Made by a program: the position numbers and the translations under genes | The notes under the pieces: generated by a model | Told to the model about the DNA's origin: nothing | The model's database searches: none | What the model saw: only the letters and a program-made list of their open reading frames with translations | In this document: positions 1 through 9,900 of the stretch, piece after piece | Layout: each line of letters begins with the position of its first letter | How positions within the stretch are numbered: position 1 is the first letter of the stretch | IMG/VR virus record: IMGVR_UViG_3300014641_000001 | Location: 32,001-96,000 of that record | Length of the DNA: 64,000 nucleotides | From: a virus | Taxonomy: Duplodnaviria > Caudoviricetes | Reading direction: 5' to 3' (one strand)

Positions 1-21
1 AAGATGGGAGGTGATAATTAA

Positions 22-1140
22 ATGTTTAAATCGTATAAGTATCGAATATATCCTAACGCACAACAAGAAGATCTTATTCAGAAAACCTTTGGAAGTTGCA
101 GGTTTGTGTATAATCAGACTCTTTCGTATAGAAAAAAGCTATATGAAGTCGAAGGAAAATCATTAAGTAAATTAGACTGTAAAGCTTATATGAGTCGCAC
201 TTTAAAGAAAGAACACACGTGGTTAAGTGAAGTTGATAAATTTTCTTTAGAAAATTCGATATTTGATCTTGATTTTGCTTATAAAATGTTCTTTAAAAGC
301 CACGCGGGGTATCCTAAGTACAAAAGTAAACACAACAATAGGAATTCATATAAAACAAATTGTAACTATTGTGGAAAACCAACCATTGAAGTTTCTTTTG
401 AAGAAAGCGAAATTAAACTTCCAAAGCTAAGATGGGTAAAAGCAAAGATTCATAGAGAATTTATAGGTAAAATAAAATCAGCAACAATTTCACAAGTACC
501 ATCTGGTAAGTATTTCGTATCTATATTAATAGAAACAGAACATATTCCACTGGAATCTACTGGTCATATGATAGGTATAGATCTTGGCATTAAAGATTTA
601 CTTATCACTTCCGATAGAGAAAAGTTTGATAATGTTCGCCCCACTAAAAAATATGAATATAAATTGGCGAAAGAACAACGTAAACTCTCTTGTAAACAAA
701 AGGGTAGTAAGAATTGGAATAAACAAAGGATCAAAGTAGCTAAAGTCTATGAAAAAATTCATAATACCAGAATTGATAATCTACATAAAATTACACACAA
801 ACTAATCAGCGATAACCAAGTGATAGTTAGTGAGAATTTGGCAGTTTCAAACATGGTAAAGAATCACAATCTTGCAAAAGCAATAACTGATTGTGGGTGG
901 TATGAACTTACGAGACAATTACAGTATAAGGCTGATTGGAATAATCGAGATTATATCAAAATCGGTAGATTTGTTCCAAGTAGTCAGTTGTGTTCTAATT
1001 GTGGTTATCAGAATCCAGACACAAAGAATTTATCTGTTAGAGAATGGACTTGTCCTATATGTGTAACTATTCACGACAGAGACGTTAATGCTGCAAAGAA
1101 TATATTAAATGAGGGATTAAGGCTATTAAGTGTATCTTAG
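22..1140 (+). CDS. tnpB: IS200/IS605-family RNA-guided endonuclease TnpB
   Basis: N-terminal HTH (YKYRIYPN), RuvC motifs GIDLG / VSENL / DRDVNAA, CxxC...CxxC zinc finger; SD GGAGG upstream. Confidence 0.95.
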   Translation: MFKSYKYRIYPNAQQEDLIQKTFGSCRFVYNQTLSYRKKLYEVEGKSLSKLDCKAYMSRTLKKEHTWLSEVDKFSLENSIFDLDFAYKMFFKSHAGYPKYKSKHNNRNSYKTNCNYCGKPTIEVSFEESEIKLPKLRWVKAKIHREFIGKIKSATISQVPSGKYFVSILIETEHIPLESTGHMIGIDLGIKDLLITSDREKFDNVRPTKKYEYKLAKEQRKLSCKQKGSKNWNKQRIKVAKVYEKIHNTRIDNLHKITHKLISDNQVIVSENLAVSNMVKNHNLAKAITDCGWYELTRQLQYKADWNNRDYIKIGRFVPSSQLCSNCGYQNPDTKNLSVREWTCPICVTIHDRDVNAAKNILNEGLRLLSVS

Positions 1141-1246
1141 ATGATATTAGTACGGCAGGAACTGTCGGAATTTACGCTTGTGGAGATAGTAGGTTACGAG
1201 GTCAGCGAAGCAAGAAATTGTGTTAATTTATATCACAATTGTTCAC
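1141..1246 (+). ncRNA. Putative omegaRNA scaffold / IS200-IS605 right end
   Basis: Directly follows tnpB; subterminal hairpin AATTGTG(1216-1222)/CACAATT(1234-1240) followed by GTTCAC (1241-1246), resembling IS605-type right ends. Confidence 0.65.
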
Positions 1247-1280
1247 CGACAATAAGTTGATGCAAAAGTTTGGTCTATAT

Positions 1281-1385
1281 ATGAAATATAGGCCCGTTAC
1301 ATATGTTACTAAAAAGGGATTAGAATACATTCGTAAGATTCTTCGCAAGGACGGGTATTATGATTGCGATTTAGTGACTGAATAA
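1281..1385 (+). pseudogene. C-terminal fragment (or last exon) of a phage antirepressor KilAC-like gene
   Basis: Translates KYRPVTYVTKKGLEYIRKILRKDGYYDCDLVTE*; no SD; followed by a hairpin at ~1399-1428. Confidence 0.55.
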
Positions 1386-1430
1386 AAATATAGACACGAC
1401 TCCACTAGTTGATGTGGTGGAGTTTTTATT

Positions 1431-1637
1431 ATGCTGAAAAAGGAGAAATATATGAATTTTGATAGGAATTTACCTAGAGAAATGCAGTGGAATATATCGT
1501 TAGATGAAGATTTCGACGGGTCAAAGAAAAAGATACTCAATATTCTTAAAGAACAAAAAGTATCTTTATCCAAAACAAGAGCTTTGTTTAATAGTATTTT
1601 AGATGAAATTGAAGATCTCAACCCGATCACATTATAG
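1431..1637 (+). CDS. hypothetical protein
   Basis: 68-aa ORF; SD AAGGAG precedes the internal ATG at 1452. Confidence 0.6.
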   Translation: MLKKEKYMNFDRNLPREMQWNISLDEDFDGSKKKILNILKEQKVSLSKTRALFNSILDEIEDLNPITL

Positions 1638-1814
1638 AAACTTAATGTTATGATATTCACTTTCAATCGCATCACATATAATACTGGATATCTTTGCAAT
1701 CTCTGCTATTTGGTCAGGAATATTCATTTGACTGCAGTTTAATAATCGATTTTGCTTAACATATTCCATTGTAAGCTGATGTGCGAGTTGTTTGCCTTCT
1801 TGCGTTTGAAGCAT
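1632..1814 (-). CDS. hypothetical protein
   Basis: 60-aa ORF with strong SD AAGGAGGTG. Confidence 0.6.
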   Translation of the reverse strand: MLQTQEGKQLAHQLTMEYVKQNRLLNCSQMNIPDQIAEIAKISSIICDAIESEYHNIKFL

Positions 1815-1879
1815 GTGACACCTCCTTAATATTGATACATGAATTATAGCATTTTATAAAAAGAAAAGGAAGTGAAGTT

Positions 1880-2332
1880 ATAAACAGAACTAAATTTAAT
1901 GTATCCAAAGATATAGATAAGAGAACTTATGATGGAATCGTGTTTGATTCAGTATTAGAAATGAAATACTACAGAGACGTTCTATTACCGCTGGTGAAGA
2001 GTGGTGATGTGGTAAATTATGAATTGCAAAAACCATACGAGTTACAACCAAAGTTCGTACACGATACGAAATCAGTTCAGCCAATTAAATATGTGGCTGA
2101 CTTTTTTATTGTTTATAAAGATGGGCATGAAGAAGTTATAGATACAAAAGGTTGTCCAGACAGTGTCGCCACTTTAAAGAGGAAATTGTTTTGGTACCAC
2201 TACCCCACCGTAAATTATAAATGGATTTGTTATTCAAAAATTGACGGAGGCTGGTGTGAATATGAAACCGTTAAGAAAGCAAGGTCTGAACGGAAACGAA
2301 TAAAGAAAAGCTCTATCAATAACAGAGTTTAA
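1880..2332 (+). CDS. DUF1064-family PD-(D/E)XK nuclease-like protein (probable ATA start)
   Basis: RTYDGIVFDS...YVADFFIVY...EVIDTKG motif; frame open back to ATA 1880 after SD AAAGGAAG. Confidence 0.8.
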   Translation: MNRTKFNVSKDIDKRTYDGIVFDSVLEMKYYRDVLLPLVKSGDVVNYELQKPYELQPKFVHDTKSVQPIKYVADFFIVYKDGHEEVIDTKGCPDSVATLKRKLFWYHYPTVNYKWICYSKIDGGWCEYETVKKARSERKRIKKSSINNRV

Positions 2333-2528
2333 TATACATCACCATAAGATACCAACATTGGTAAAACTACACAAAGGAAATTGTCAAAACAACGCTTAAG
2401 ACAGAATAACCAACGCTTATGTAAGGTTGCACAACCGCAACGCATTATGTGCTATATTGTACATAATAAATTTATTAGTAAATGCAGATACTATCTTCAT
2501 AAAATAAAACTTATAAAGGTGGCATTGC

Positions 2529-2738
2529 ATGAAAATTAAACTGCGCAGTTTAAGAATTAAACAACACATGTCTATGGAAGATTTGGCAATAAAAGCTTTG
2601 ATTAGCAAATCTACAATAAGCAGGATTGAATCTGGGGATATGATTCCGTCTATTGATATATTGTGTAGGTTATGCGTAGCTCTTGGCGTCACTTTAAACG
2701 ACATGGTGGACTGCAAAGGAGGTTTTTATGATGACTGA
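2529..2738 (+). CDS. XRE-family helix-turn-helix regulator
   Basis: LRSLRIKQHMSMEDLA...SKSTISRIESG..PSIDILCRLCVALGV. Confidence 0.9.
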   Translation: MKIKLRSLRIKQHMSMEDLAIKALISKSTISRIESGDMIPSIDILCRLCVALGVTLNDMVDCKGGFYDD

Positions 2739-2976
2739 ATTTATTATTGATGGTGGTGTAGGTGTGGAATTTAATCCAATACAAGATGTGGTTGAAAAAC
2801 AAACTGTAAAAGTAGTGTGTTTTGCTGATGATGGAGCTTTCGAGTTTCGTGTGTTAGAAAAGGCTATTATACCATTATATGATGTGCATGAATTTATTAA
2901 ATCTAGATTCAATCTACATAGAAATGCTAAATGGTTATTGTTGCCACATGAGGTAGAAATTAGTGAAACTGAATAA
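2728..2976 (+). CDS. hypothetical protein
   Basis: SD AAGGAGG; overlaps the XRE stop; hairpin follows at 2987-3015. Confidence 0.65.
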   Translation: MMTEFIIDGGVGVEFNPIQDVVEKQTVKVVCFADDGAFEFRVLEKAIIPLYDVHEFIKSRFNLHRNAKWLLLPHEVEISETE

Positions 2977-3035
2977 TAGTATATTTTAAGAGCTGATCGC
3001 GATGGTCGGCTCTTATTTAAATTGGAGGAAAATCT

Positions 3036-3242
3036 ATGATTAATTATATTAAATCAAAGTTATTCTTTGCGAAACTTAAGATGGAGTTATATAAAGCGTT
3101 ATCTCACAGCGAAGATTATTTAGAGATGTTCACAAAGTTGGCTGTTGCTTCTAAGGATATGACACCCGAAGAAGTAAAAAGTGAATTTCTTAAGGAGTTT
3201 GCTGGTGTCGTCCATGATTATGTACATAGAGATGATAAGTAA
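3036..3242 (+). CDS. hypothetical protein
   Basis: SD GGAGG; coupled to the next gene (TAATG). Confidence 0.7.
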   Translation: MINYIKSKLFFAKLKMELYKALSHSEDYLEMFTKLAVASKDMTPEEVKSEFLKEFAGVVHDYVHRDDK

Positions 3243-3682
3243 TGGCTAGAACTTTTAAATCTTTTATTGAAATGGAAAACTTTATTGACTCAGCATGTGA
3301 AAATGCCGTAAAGAAAACTTGCAATAGATTACTTGGGACTTTGCAAGAATTAATTATGTCAGAATACTATGATGCGTATGAACCCAAACAGTACCAAAGA
3401 ACTATGCAGTTCTATGAATCAGCAATGACAGAAATGCTTACTAGTACTTGTGGACAGATCTTTATGAATCCAGACAAGATGGATTATCCTTTTAGCGGAA
3501 GGGGTTGGTCATGGGACGGCGCTACTCAGATATCCGCTGCTAATGAAGGAATTCATGGTGGCTGGACAACTAAAGAGTCAGTACAACATAGATACTGGGA
3601 TGAATTTGAAAGTTATTGTGATAACAACGCTCTGAAAATTCTCAAAGAGGAACTTAAAAGGGCGGGCGTAGATACAAAATAA
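3242..3682 (+). CDS. hypothetical phage protein preceding tape measure (possibly virion-associated)
   Basis: 146-aa ORF; assignment from position only. Confidence 0.6.
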   Translation: MARTFKSFIEMENFIDSACENAVKKTCNRLLGTLQELIMSEYYDAYEPKQYQRTMQFYESAMTEMLTSTCGQIFMNPDKMDYPFSGRGWSWDGATQISAANEGIHGGWTTKESVQHRYWDEFESYCDNNALKILKEELKRAGVDTK

Positions 3683-3780
3683 AATCTCCACCATATTATA
3701 GTCAACATTTATTTATTAACCCACTCTCCTTTCACACAAGGGGAGTTTTTTATTGTGTAAATTTTTGAGAGGAGAATTAT

Positions 3781-5153
3781 ATGGCTGATTTTAGAACTCT
3801 CGTAGAACTTATATTTGATAAAGCAAAAGCGAGAAATGAATTAAATAGCATTTTAAAGGAATTACAAAAAGACGCCAATTTAAAAACGGAAATAAAAGTC
3901 GGTACTTCTGAAGCAAAGAAGGCAAAAAAGGATTTAAATGAAACCGCTTCAGCAATTGGGAAGATTGTAACTGAATCTAGGCAGTTGTCAAAAGTTAATA
4001 CAATTAAGACATGGGCTGACAACAACACTAAAGCCATGAAGATGTTTGGTGATCAGATTCAGGACATCATCACCAAAATGGGAAAGGCTAATCTTTCGCT
4101 GTCTGATTTTAAAGGTCTAGATGCCGATTTTAATAGGATTAAAATAGCGTCCAGAGATATGAATTTACTTGGTAAGACCTGGGGTGATTCGTTTAAGGCA
4201 GACGCAAGCAAATTTGCTTCATGGTTGCTTCCTTCTGGCGGAATCATGACTGCCATTAGTGGACTGCGTAAAATGAAGGATTCTATCGTTGATATAGATA
4301 CAGCCATGACTAATCTATATAAGGTGTCCGATGAAACAGACTCAAAATATAGACAGTTTCTTCAAAGTTCAAATATAGAAGCCCAGAGACTTGGGAGAAC
4401 AGTATCCAGTCTCATTGAGCAAACTGCAACTTGGAAAAAACTTGGTTTTACCACTGATGAGTCAAGTGAATTGGCGAAAATATCATCAATTTATGCTAAC
4501 GTAGGTGAAGTGTCTGATGACACTGCTGTTTCGGATTTAGTGACAGCAATGAAAGCCTTTAACATTGCAGGATCAGACAGTATAACAATTGTAGATTCGC
4601 TTAACAAATTGGGTAACGAATTTGCTACCGATGCTGCCTCTCTCGGAGAAGGACTAAAAAACTCCGCATCTTCTCTTCGTCTTGCAGGAAACGATATAGA
4701 TCAGACTCTTGCTATGCTAACAGGTGGTACAGAAATTATTCAGAATGCAGGAGAAATGGGAAATGCTCTGAAAATACTGAGTATGAGAATACGAGGTATG
4801 AAAGGCGAGCTGGAAGCACTCGGAGAAGAATATGACAATGTGGAGTCAATATCAAAAATCCAAACCCAGATCTTGAATCGTACTGGCGGTACAGTAAATA
4901 TATTTGACAATAATGGAAACTTCAAGTCTACGTATGAGATACTAAAGGGAATATCAGAAGTATGGGATAAAATTTCTCAAACCGACCAGGCCGACCTTTT
5001 AGAAGTTATCGCGGGTAAACAGCGCGGTAACAGCGTTGCAGCTTTAATTCAATCATTCCAATCTGGGCAAGTGCAAAAGGCATTAGAGGCTTCAATGAAC
5101 TCTGCTGGATCAGCTTATGAAGAACAGAGCAAATGGATGGAATCAATTGAGGC
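3781..5153 (+). CDS. Tape measure protein, exon 1 (TP901-type core domain)
   Basis: IDTAMTNLYKVS...IVDSLNKLGNEFA...GNALKILSMRIRG...AGKQRGN; ORF runs into group I intron P1. Confidence 0.9.
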
Positions 5154-5563
5154 AGACTTTTGCCTCGTTGCGTAGAAATATGTAACATTAATATATTTAA
5201 TTGCAGGTAATGCCTTAGAGCCTTACACCACAATATAGGGGAAACCACTATATGATGGTTTTACAACGTAAGGATTGGCTGTTCATGCAGCGAAGCACCC
5301 TAACGTATTCCGTAGACCATACGGTACTTTAGTCGAGGGTGAACGTTCAACGACTAGATTCATGTCGAGATTTGGACTAGAGAATAAGGGTGGAAATCCC
5401 GAATATCCAGATCAATAATCGTAGGGCGCAAATCGCAAATGGCGTGGGTGAAATTCCCTTAAATCGAAAAGGTATACTCTCAGCACGTAGTGGTGGAGAT
5501 GAAGAAATAGTCTAGTCTCATATGAAAATATGAGTTGATTGTTATTATAAAAAAGGAGTTTGA

Positions 5564-5697
5564 ATGAAAAAATTCGTCAAAGAATATTCAACTCAATTAA
5601 CCCCATTAAAGGAGTATTTGGAGAAGGAATTAAATCCTCTTTCGCAAAAGTGATCTAAGGAGTAACTACATATAAGTACACAAATTCTGGAGAGTAA
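5564..5697 (+). pseudogene. Degenerate small ORF inside intron 1
   Basis: SD AAGGAG + MKKFVKEYSTQLTPLKEYL, then frameshifted GIKSSFAKVI*GVTTYKYT. Confidence 0.45.
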
Positions 5698-5761
5698 TTT
5701 ATATTACTCTCCTATTTTTATACAAGTAAATAGATAATTAAAGGAGAATAAACGTGGATAA

Positions 5762-7198
5762 ATGAACAAAAAATATAATCAAGAGAAGGCAATAGAAATT
5801 ATGCAGTCATACGGATATAAACTTGACGACATATATAAATCATATAACCATAAACTAAGAATAGTTGATAATGATGGATATATCTATTATAGAAGCCTTG
5901 GTGACATATTATCAAATAAAACACCCACGAAATTTGGTCGTGGGAATCCATTTACAATTGAGAATATTAAAAATTACACTTATCAAAATAATATACAAAC
6001 ACAATTGCTGTCTGAATCTTTTACTGAATCTAGTGGTTTATTATTATGGAAGTGTAGTTGTGGCAAATCATATACATGCTCGTGGAATGCATTTGAAAAC
6101 GATAAACATTTATGCAATGATTGCTCGATTAAAGACAGAGGACTTAAGCAAAGAATCAACAAGGCTAATGTAATTGATAAGGTTAAAAGTATGGGCTATC
6201 ATATTGTTGAAATTGCTGATGATATATGTGTTTTCGACAGCATAAAAATATCAGACGATTTAGGATATAAATATTATCCAGTAATAAATAATATCATATA
6301 CGATAAAAGACCTTTTAGGTTTCATAAATCAAATATTTTTTCAATCGATAATGTAAATAACTATTTTAGGCTAATTGGAGAAACTGATTATACATGCGTT
6401 AGCAATGAATATATTGACAATACCTCTGACTTGGAAATATTACATAAAAAATGCGGAACGGTATTTAATGCCAAACTCACTAAACTAACTGACAAAGGAG
6501 TTAGTTATTGCAATATGTGTCCAAAATGTAAAACGACTAAAACCGAATCGGTTCACGCATCAGTTCTGAAACAAGTATTTCTAAATAAACATCCTGATTC
6601 TGTATTAGAGGATAAATCTTGCATAAACTCAAAGACAGGCTACTCGCTCCCTACTGATATCGTTAATCACAGATTAAAATTGGCAATAGAAATACAAAGT
6701 TCTCTACATGATAATAGAAAGGATATTGATCTGTATAAAAAGAATTTCTGGATTGATAGAGGGTATGATTTTTATTCTCCCGATATTAGAGATTATTCTA
6801 TATTGGGTATGATACAATTATTTTTTAAAGATATCGAATCAATACCAAAATATATAGATTATAACTTTTCGAATTGTGTGGATTTCATCGAAATACAAAA
6901 CATGATTGATTCGGGGCATACGATTATTGAGATAGCTAGTATTAAGAATATCTCAGAAGCTACAATAAGGGGGCTCGTCACTGACAAAAAGGTAATCTTG
7001 CCTCCCGACTATAAAAATAAAATATTTAAAATAAAACCCATATTAAGGCTTGATGTTAAGGGAAATGTAATTAAAAGATATGAATCGTTAAGTTCTATAT
7101 CAAGAGATGGATTCGCCACAGGTACCATTAGAAGAGTATTAAAAGGTAAACAAAAGTTGTCGTATGGAACGAAATGGATTTATGACATAAAAAAATAA
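5762..7198 (+). CDS. Intron-encoded homing endonuclease-like protein (Zn-ribbon repeats, Vsr/EDxHD-like nuclease, NUMOD1-like C-terminus)
   Basis: CxC/CxxC repeats, LPTDIV...LAIEIQSSLHD, C-terminal KPILRLDVKGNVIKRYESL...KWIY; lies in a peripheral intron loop. Confidence 0.75.
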   Translation: MNKKYNQEKAIEIMQSYGYKLDDIYKSYNHKLRIVDNDGYIYYRSLGDILSNKTPTKFGRGNPFTIENIKNYTYQNNIQTQLLSESFTESSGLLLWKCSCGKSYTCSWNAFENDKHLCNDCSIKDRGLKQRINKANVIDKVKSMGYHIVEIADDICVFDSIKISDDLGYKYYPVINNIIYDKRPFRFHKSNIFSIDNVNNYFRLIGETDYTCVSNEYIDNTSDLEILHKKCGTVFNAKLTKLTDKGVSYCNMCPKCKTTKTESVHASVLKQVFLNKHPDSVLEDKSCINSKTGYSLPTDIVNHRLKLAIEIQSSLHDNRKDIDLYKKNFWIDRGYDFYSPDIRDYSILGMIQLFFKDIESIPKYIDYNFSNCVDFIEIQNMIDSGHTIIEIASIKNISEATIRGLVTDKKVILPPDYKNKIFKIKPILRLDVKGNVIKRYESLSSISRDGFATGTIRRVLKGKQKLSYGTKWIYDIKK

Positions 7199-7244
7199 AA
7201 ATAACAATCAAAGAATGGTATTGCGAACCATTCTAAATATATCG

Positions 7245-7434
7245 AAAAACACAACAGTATGAAGCTTCATTTCAATCACTATCACAAACTATTATTAATT
7301 CAAATTTCTTAAAGTTTCTTATAGATTCTGGTACGACATTTAATAATGTATTAGATAAGACAATAAACGGCTTTGGTGTTTTGTCTACTACGCTTTCCGG
7401 TGCTGGTATAGCGGCATTCATTAAAAACTACGGT
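7245..7434 (+). CDS. Tape measure protein, exon 2 (not in ORF track)
   Basis: 190 nt reading KTQQYEASFQSLSQTIINSNFLKFLIDSG...GAGIAAFIKNYG; in frame with exons 1 and 3. Confidence 0.85.
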
Positions 7435-8124
7435 TAACTCTGTAATAAGAGTTACGCTTAAATTTCCGAGGGATTTAAGTTGGCCTATCATGGGGAAGAA
7501 TATATCATAATGGCGATATAAACAATTCCATGGGACGAAAGTTTTAAAATAAAAAGAGGATTAATTGCTTGAAAGTGTAATGCTCACTACTCTTCTATTT
7601 TAGAAGAAACCGAAAAATAAGGTAAATAAGTCAAACGGTTTACACACCGGAGTGAGATTTCTAGGGATAAAAAATAATTCCCGACAGATGTACAATCACC
7701 AACGAAGCAGCTAGCCCTATCTGTGTATCACGATGTATAATCCGATGGTAACAATTGCGCAAGCAATGTCGGGATAAGATCATTAATGATAGGGAGTGTT
7801 CAGAGAGCACCACTCCTCACAGTACATGAAAGCCATATTTCATTGTGCTGTTAACGCATGTTCCAAAGTGTACACGATATCAACGCTTCACGAGGCGCTG
7901 GATATTATAATGTTGTAAAAGATATGGGCTACAGCCTATCATTGAGCGTAATATGGAAAAGTTAATCGTTTCTATGTTATGTATCAAAATAGTTATGTAG
8001 ATTCTCCCATATTTTTAAATAAAGTATTTATTCTCCTTTTTATATGATTGAATACTAATATAATGTACCATCCTATATATTGTTTGAATATAATACAATA
8101 AATCAAATGGAGATGTATAGAAAT

Positions 8125-8283
8125 ATGACGAAAAAAATTATTAATTTGACCGAAGAAGGCGAAGCTCTAGGATATCCAAAAACTCCAGATTCTGAGATGA
8201 TAGAGATGGGTATATTTGATGGAAAGATAATCAATTTTATAAAAGTAATGTTTATAAAGATAGTTAAAATGATGAAAAGGTAG
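8125..8283 (+). CDS. small hypothetical protein (intron cargo)
   Basis: Part of ORF 8080-8283; GGAG upstream; ends in a terminator hairpin; start uncertain. Confidence 0.5.
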   Translation: MTKKIINLTEEGEALGYPKTPDSEMIEMGIFDGKIINFIKVMFIKIVKMMKR

Positions 8284-8298
8284 TCAATAGACTACCTT
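8277..8298. terminator. Bidirectional terminator-like hairpin between convergent cargo genes
   Basis: AAGGTAGTC-AATA-GACTACCTT. Confidence 0.6.
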
Positions 8299-8458
8299 AT
8301 TCCTCGTTCTTTTTATTTTTGTCGTTATCATTAACATGTTTAATTTCTGAGAACATCTCTACCACATATTCTGGTCTAGGCGTACTTGGATACTGTTCTC
8401 CTTTTTCATTGGTGTTATTAGTACTTGTCATCTTGATAACATTTTCATCGTCTGACAT
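8297..8458 (-). CDS. small acidic protein, 53 aa (intron cargo)
   Basis: SD GGAGG; MSDDENVIKMTSTNNTNEKGEQYPSTPRPEYVVEMFSEIKH...; overlaps the upstream gene's end. Confidence 0.6.
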   Translation of the reverse strand: MSDDENVIKMTSTNNTNEKGEQYPSTPRPEYVVEMFSEIKHVNDNDKNKKNEE

Positions 8459-9023
8459 TTATTTCTCCTCCTTCTATATGAATATTTTGTATATTATTAT
8501 TTATAAATTTGGTCTCATAGTAATCAATACCGACACCGAATGTATACGATAAAATAGATACTGCGAAAGTGATGCATATGAAATAACTCAACGATTTATG
8601 TTTCATGTTCTTTGTAATGTTCACATTTCTATTATGAATGGCTTCATTAATAAAACATTCACAGAGCATATTATTTACATGTATATCTGCTTTTTTAATA
8701 TGCTTTTTATCTGTCATTTGATATGTTTGTGAGATCGCAACAGCCATATCTTTAATTGGGAAATAACTCATTTTATAGCCAGAGTATGCTTTATAAAACT
8801 TGTGCAAGCAAATTATAAATAAAATCGTTGACAAAGCGCAAAATATCAAGTAAACAATAGTACACCATGATAAAGAAAAACGAACAAATTGTGACCAAAG
8901 TAATATTTGTGCACTACCAAGTATTGTAAGAAACGTAATACAAGTATTAATTTTATTACTTAATCTATCGGAATATTCTATCTCCTTATAATATAAATCT
9001 TTGTATTCTTCAAGCAATTCCAT
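8445..9023 (-). CDS. 3-TM membrane protein, SLATT/Pycsar-effector-like topology (intron cargo)
   Basis: Three hydrophobic segments; SD AAGGAG. Confidence 0.7.
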   Translation of the reverse strand: MELLEEYKDLYYKEIEYSDRLSNKINTCITFLTILGSAQILLWSQFVRFSLSWCTIVYLIFCALSTILFIICLHKFYKAYSGYKMSYFPIKDMAVAISQTYQMTDKKHIKKADIHVNNMLCECFINEAIHNRNVNITKNMKHKSLSYFICITFAVSILSYTFGVGIDYYETKFINNNIQNIHIEGGEINVRR

Positions 9024-9309
9024 ATGATGATGTTCTCCTTTGTATCATATGGAATATTTTACCATCGTCAATACAATAAAACAAGAAACAGATGTTTGTC
9101 GATGAGGATATAAAATCGACATATTTCGACATTTATAATATTGAGTTAGTCATTAAGCTGTATATTAAAATAACATAAGCTGAACCCCTCTTTTATACTA
9201 CAATCTTGCGTCTTACTAGCTTCATTGTTTTCAAAATTTTTATACCTATCTGGAAATTTCTTCCACTCCATGATATAATAATTTTTAAAAGAGATACAGG
9301 AGGGATTGT

Positions 9310-9900
9310 ATGAAAAGGTTGGTTTTAGGGTTGTTATGTATCACTGTATGTTTACAATTAAGTGCTTGTGATAAAAACACGTCGGTCACCACAAGTAAAG
9401 AAAAAGAAACAATAACAGAATCATCAAATTTATCTGAAGATGAACAGAAAGCAGAATTAAATGCGATCTATCAAGAAATTGACGAAGCAAATAAATACTG
9501 TAATGATTTGGCAAAACTATTATATGACTATTGGGACAACCGTGAATATGAAGCGTTTTTTGACCACAGTGTTTTTTTGGAAAGAGATAAAAAATATAAT
9601 ACATACGGGAATTATAATAGTGGTAGTTTTTATGGCGATGCAAAGACCTGCTATGAATATCGTGATAAAATTGAAAAAAATATGGAAGATGCACGTCAAA
9701 GATTGAAAGAATTAGAGGTGTCTGAAAGTGTACAGGGGTATTATGATTCTGTAAAGAAGTTGTATTTGAATGTCGATGCATATCATAGTTTTGCATCTGA
9801 TTTCCCAGAAGGTTATTCAAAAATTACATATTCTCAAACATTTAGTAAACATCAATCAGAATACGACTCTTTAATAAGTGAATTAAAGTTTGAGCAGTAG
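9310..9900 (+). CDS. Lipoprotein (intron cargo)
   Basis: Signal peptide with lipobox LSAC; SD AGGAGG; followed by a terminator. Confidence 0.8.
   Translation: MKRLVLGLLCITVCLQLSACDKNTSVTTSKEKETITESSNLSEDEQKAELNAIYQEIDEANKYCNDLAKLLYDYWDNREYEAFFDHSVFLERDKKYNTYGNYNSGSFYGDAKTCYEYRDKIEKNMEDARQRLKELEVSESVQGYYDSVKKLYLNVDAYHSFASDFPEGYSKITYSQTFSKHQSEYDSLISELKFEQ

Larger units (their letters stand above)
5154..7244 (+). mobile_element. Group I intron 1 (IA-like) in the tape measure gene, with endonuclease ORF in the P9 region
   Basis: IGS TTTTGCCTC; P2 GAAA hairpin; P AATTGCAGGTAA (~5199); Q CATGCAGCGAAG; R TTCAACGACTAG (~5346); S AAGAAATAGTCTAG (~5502); P9 CTCATAT-GAAA-ATATGAG; 5535-5546 pairs with 7200-7211; terminal G 7244 restores the frame. 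Confidence 0.9.

Noticed and set aside
2385-2450. Three CAACGC(T/A)TTA-like repeats upstream of the XRE gene
   Set aside because: Short and irregularly spaced; possible operators but unsupported.
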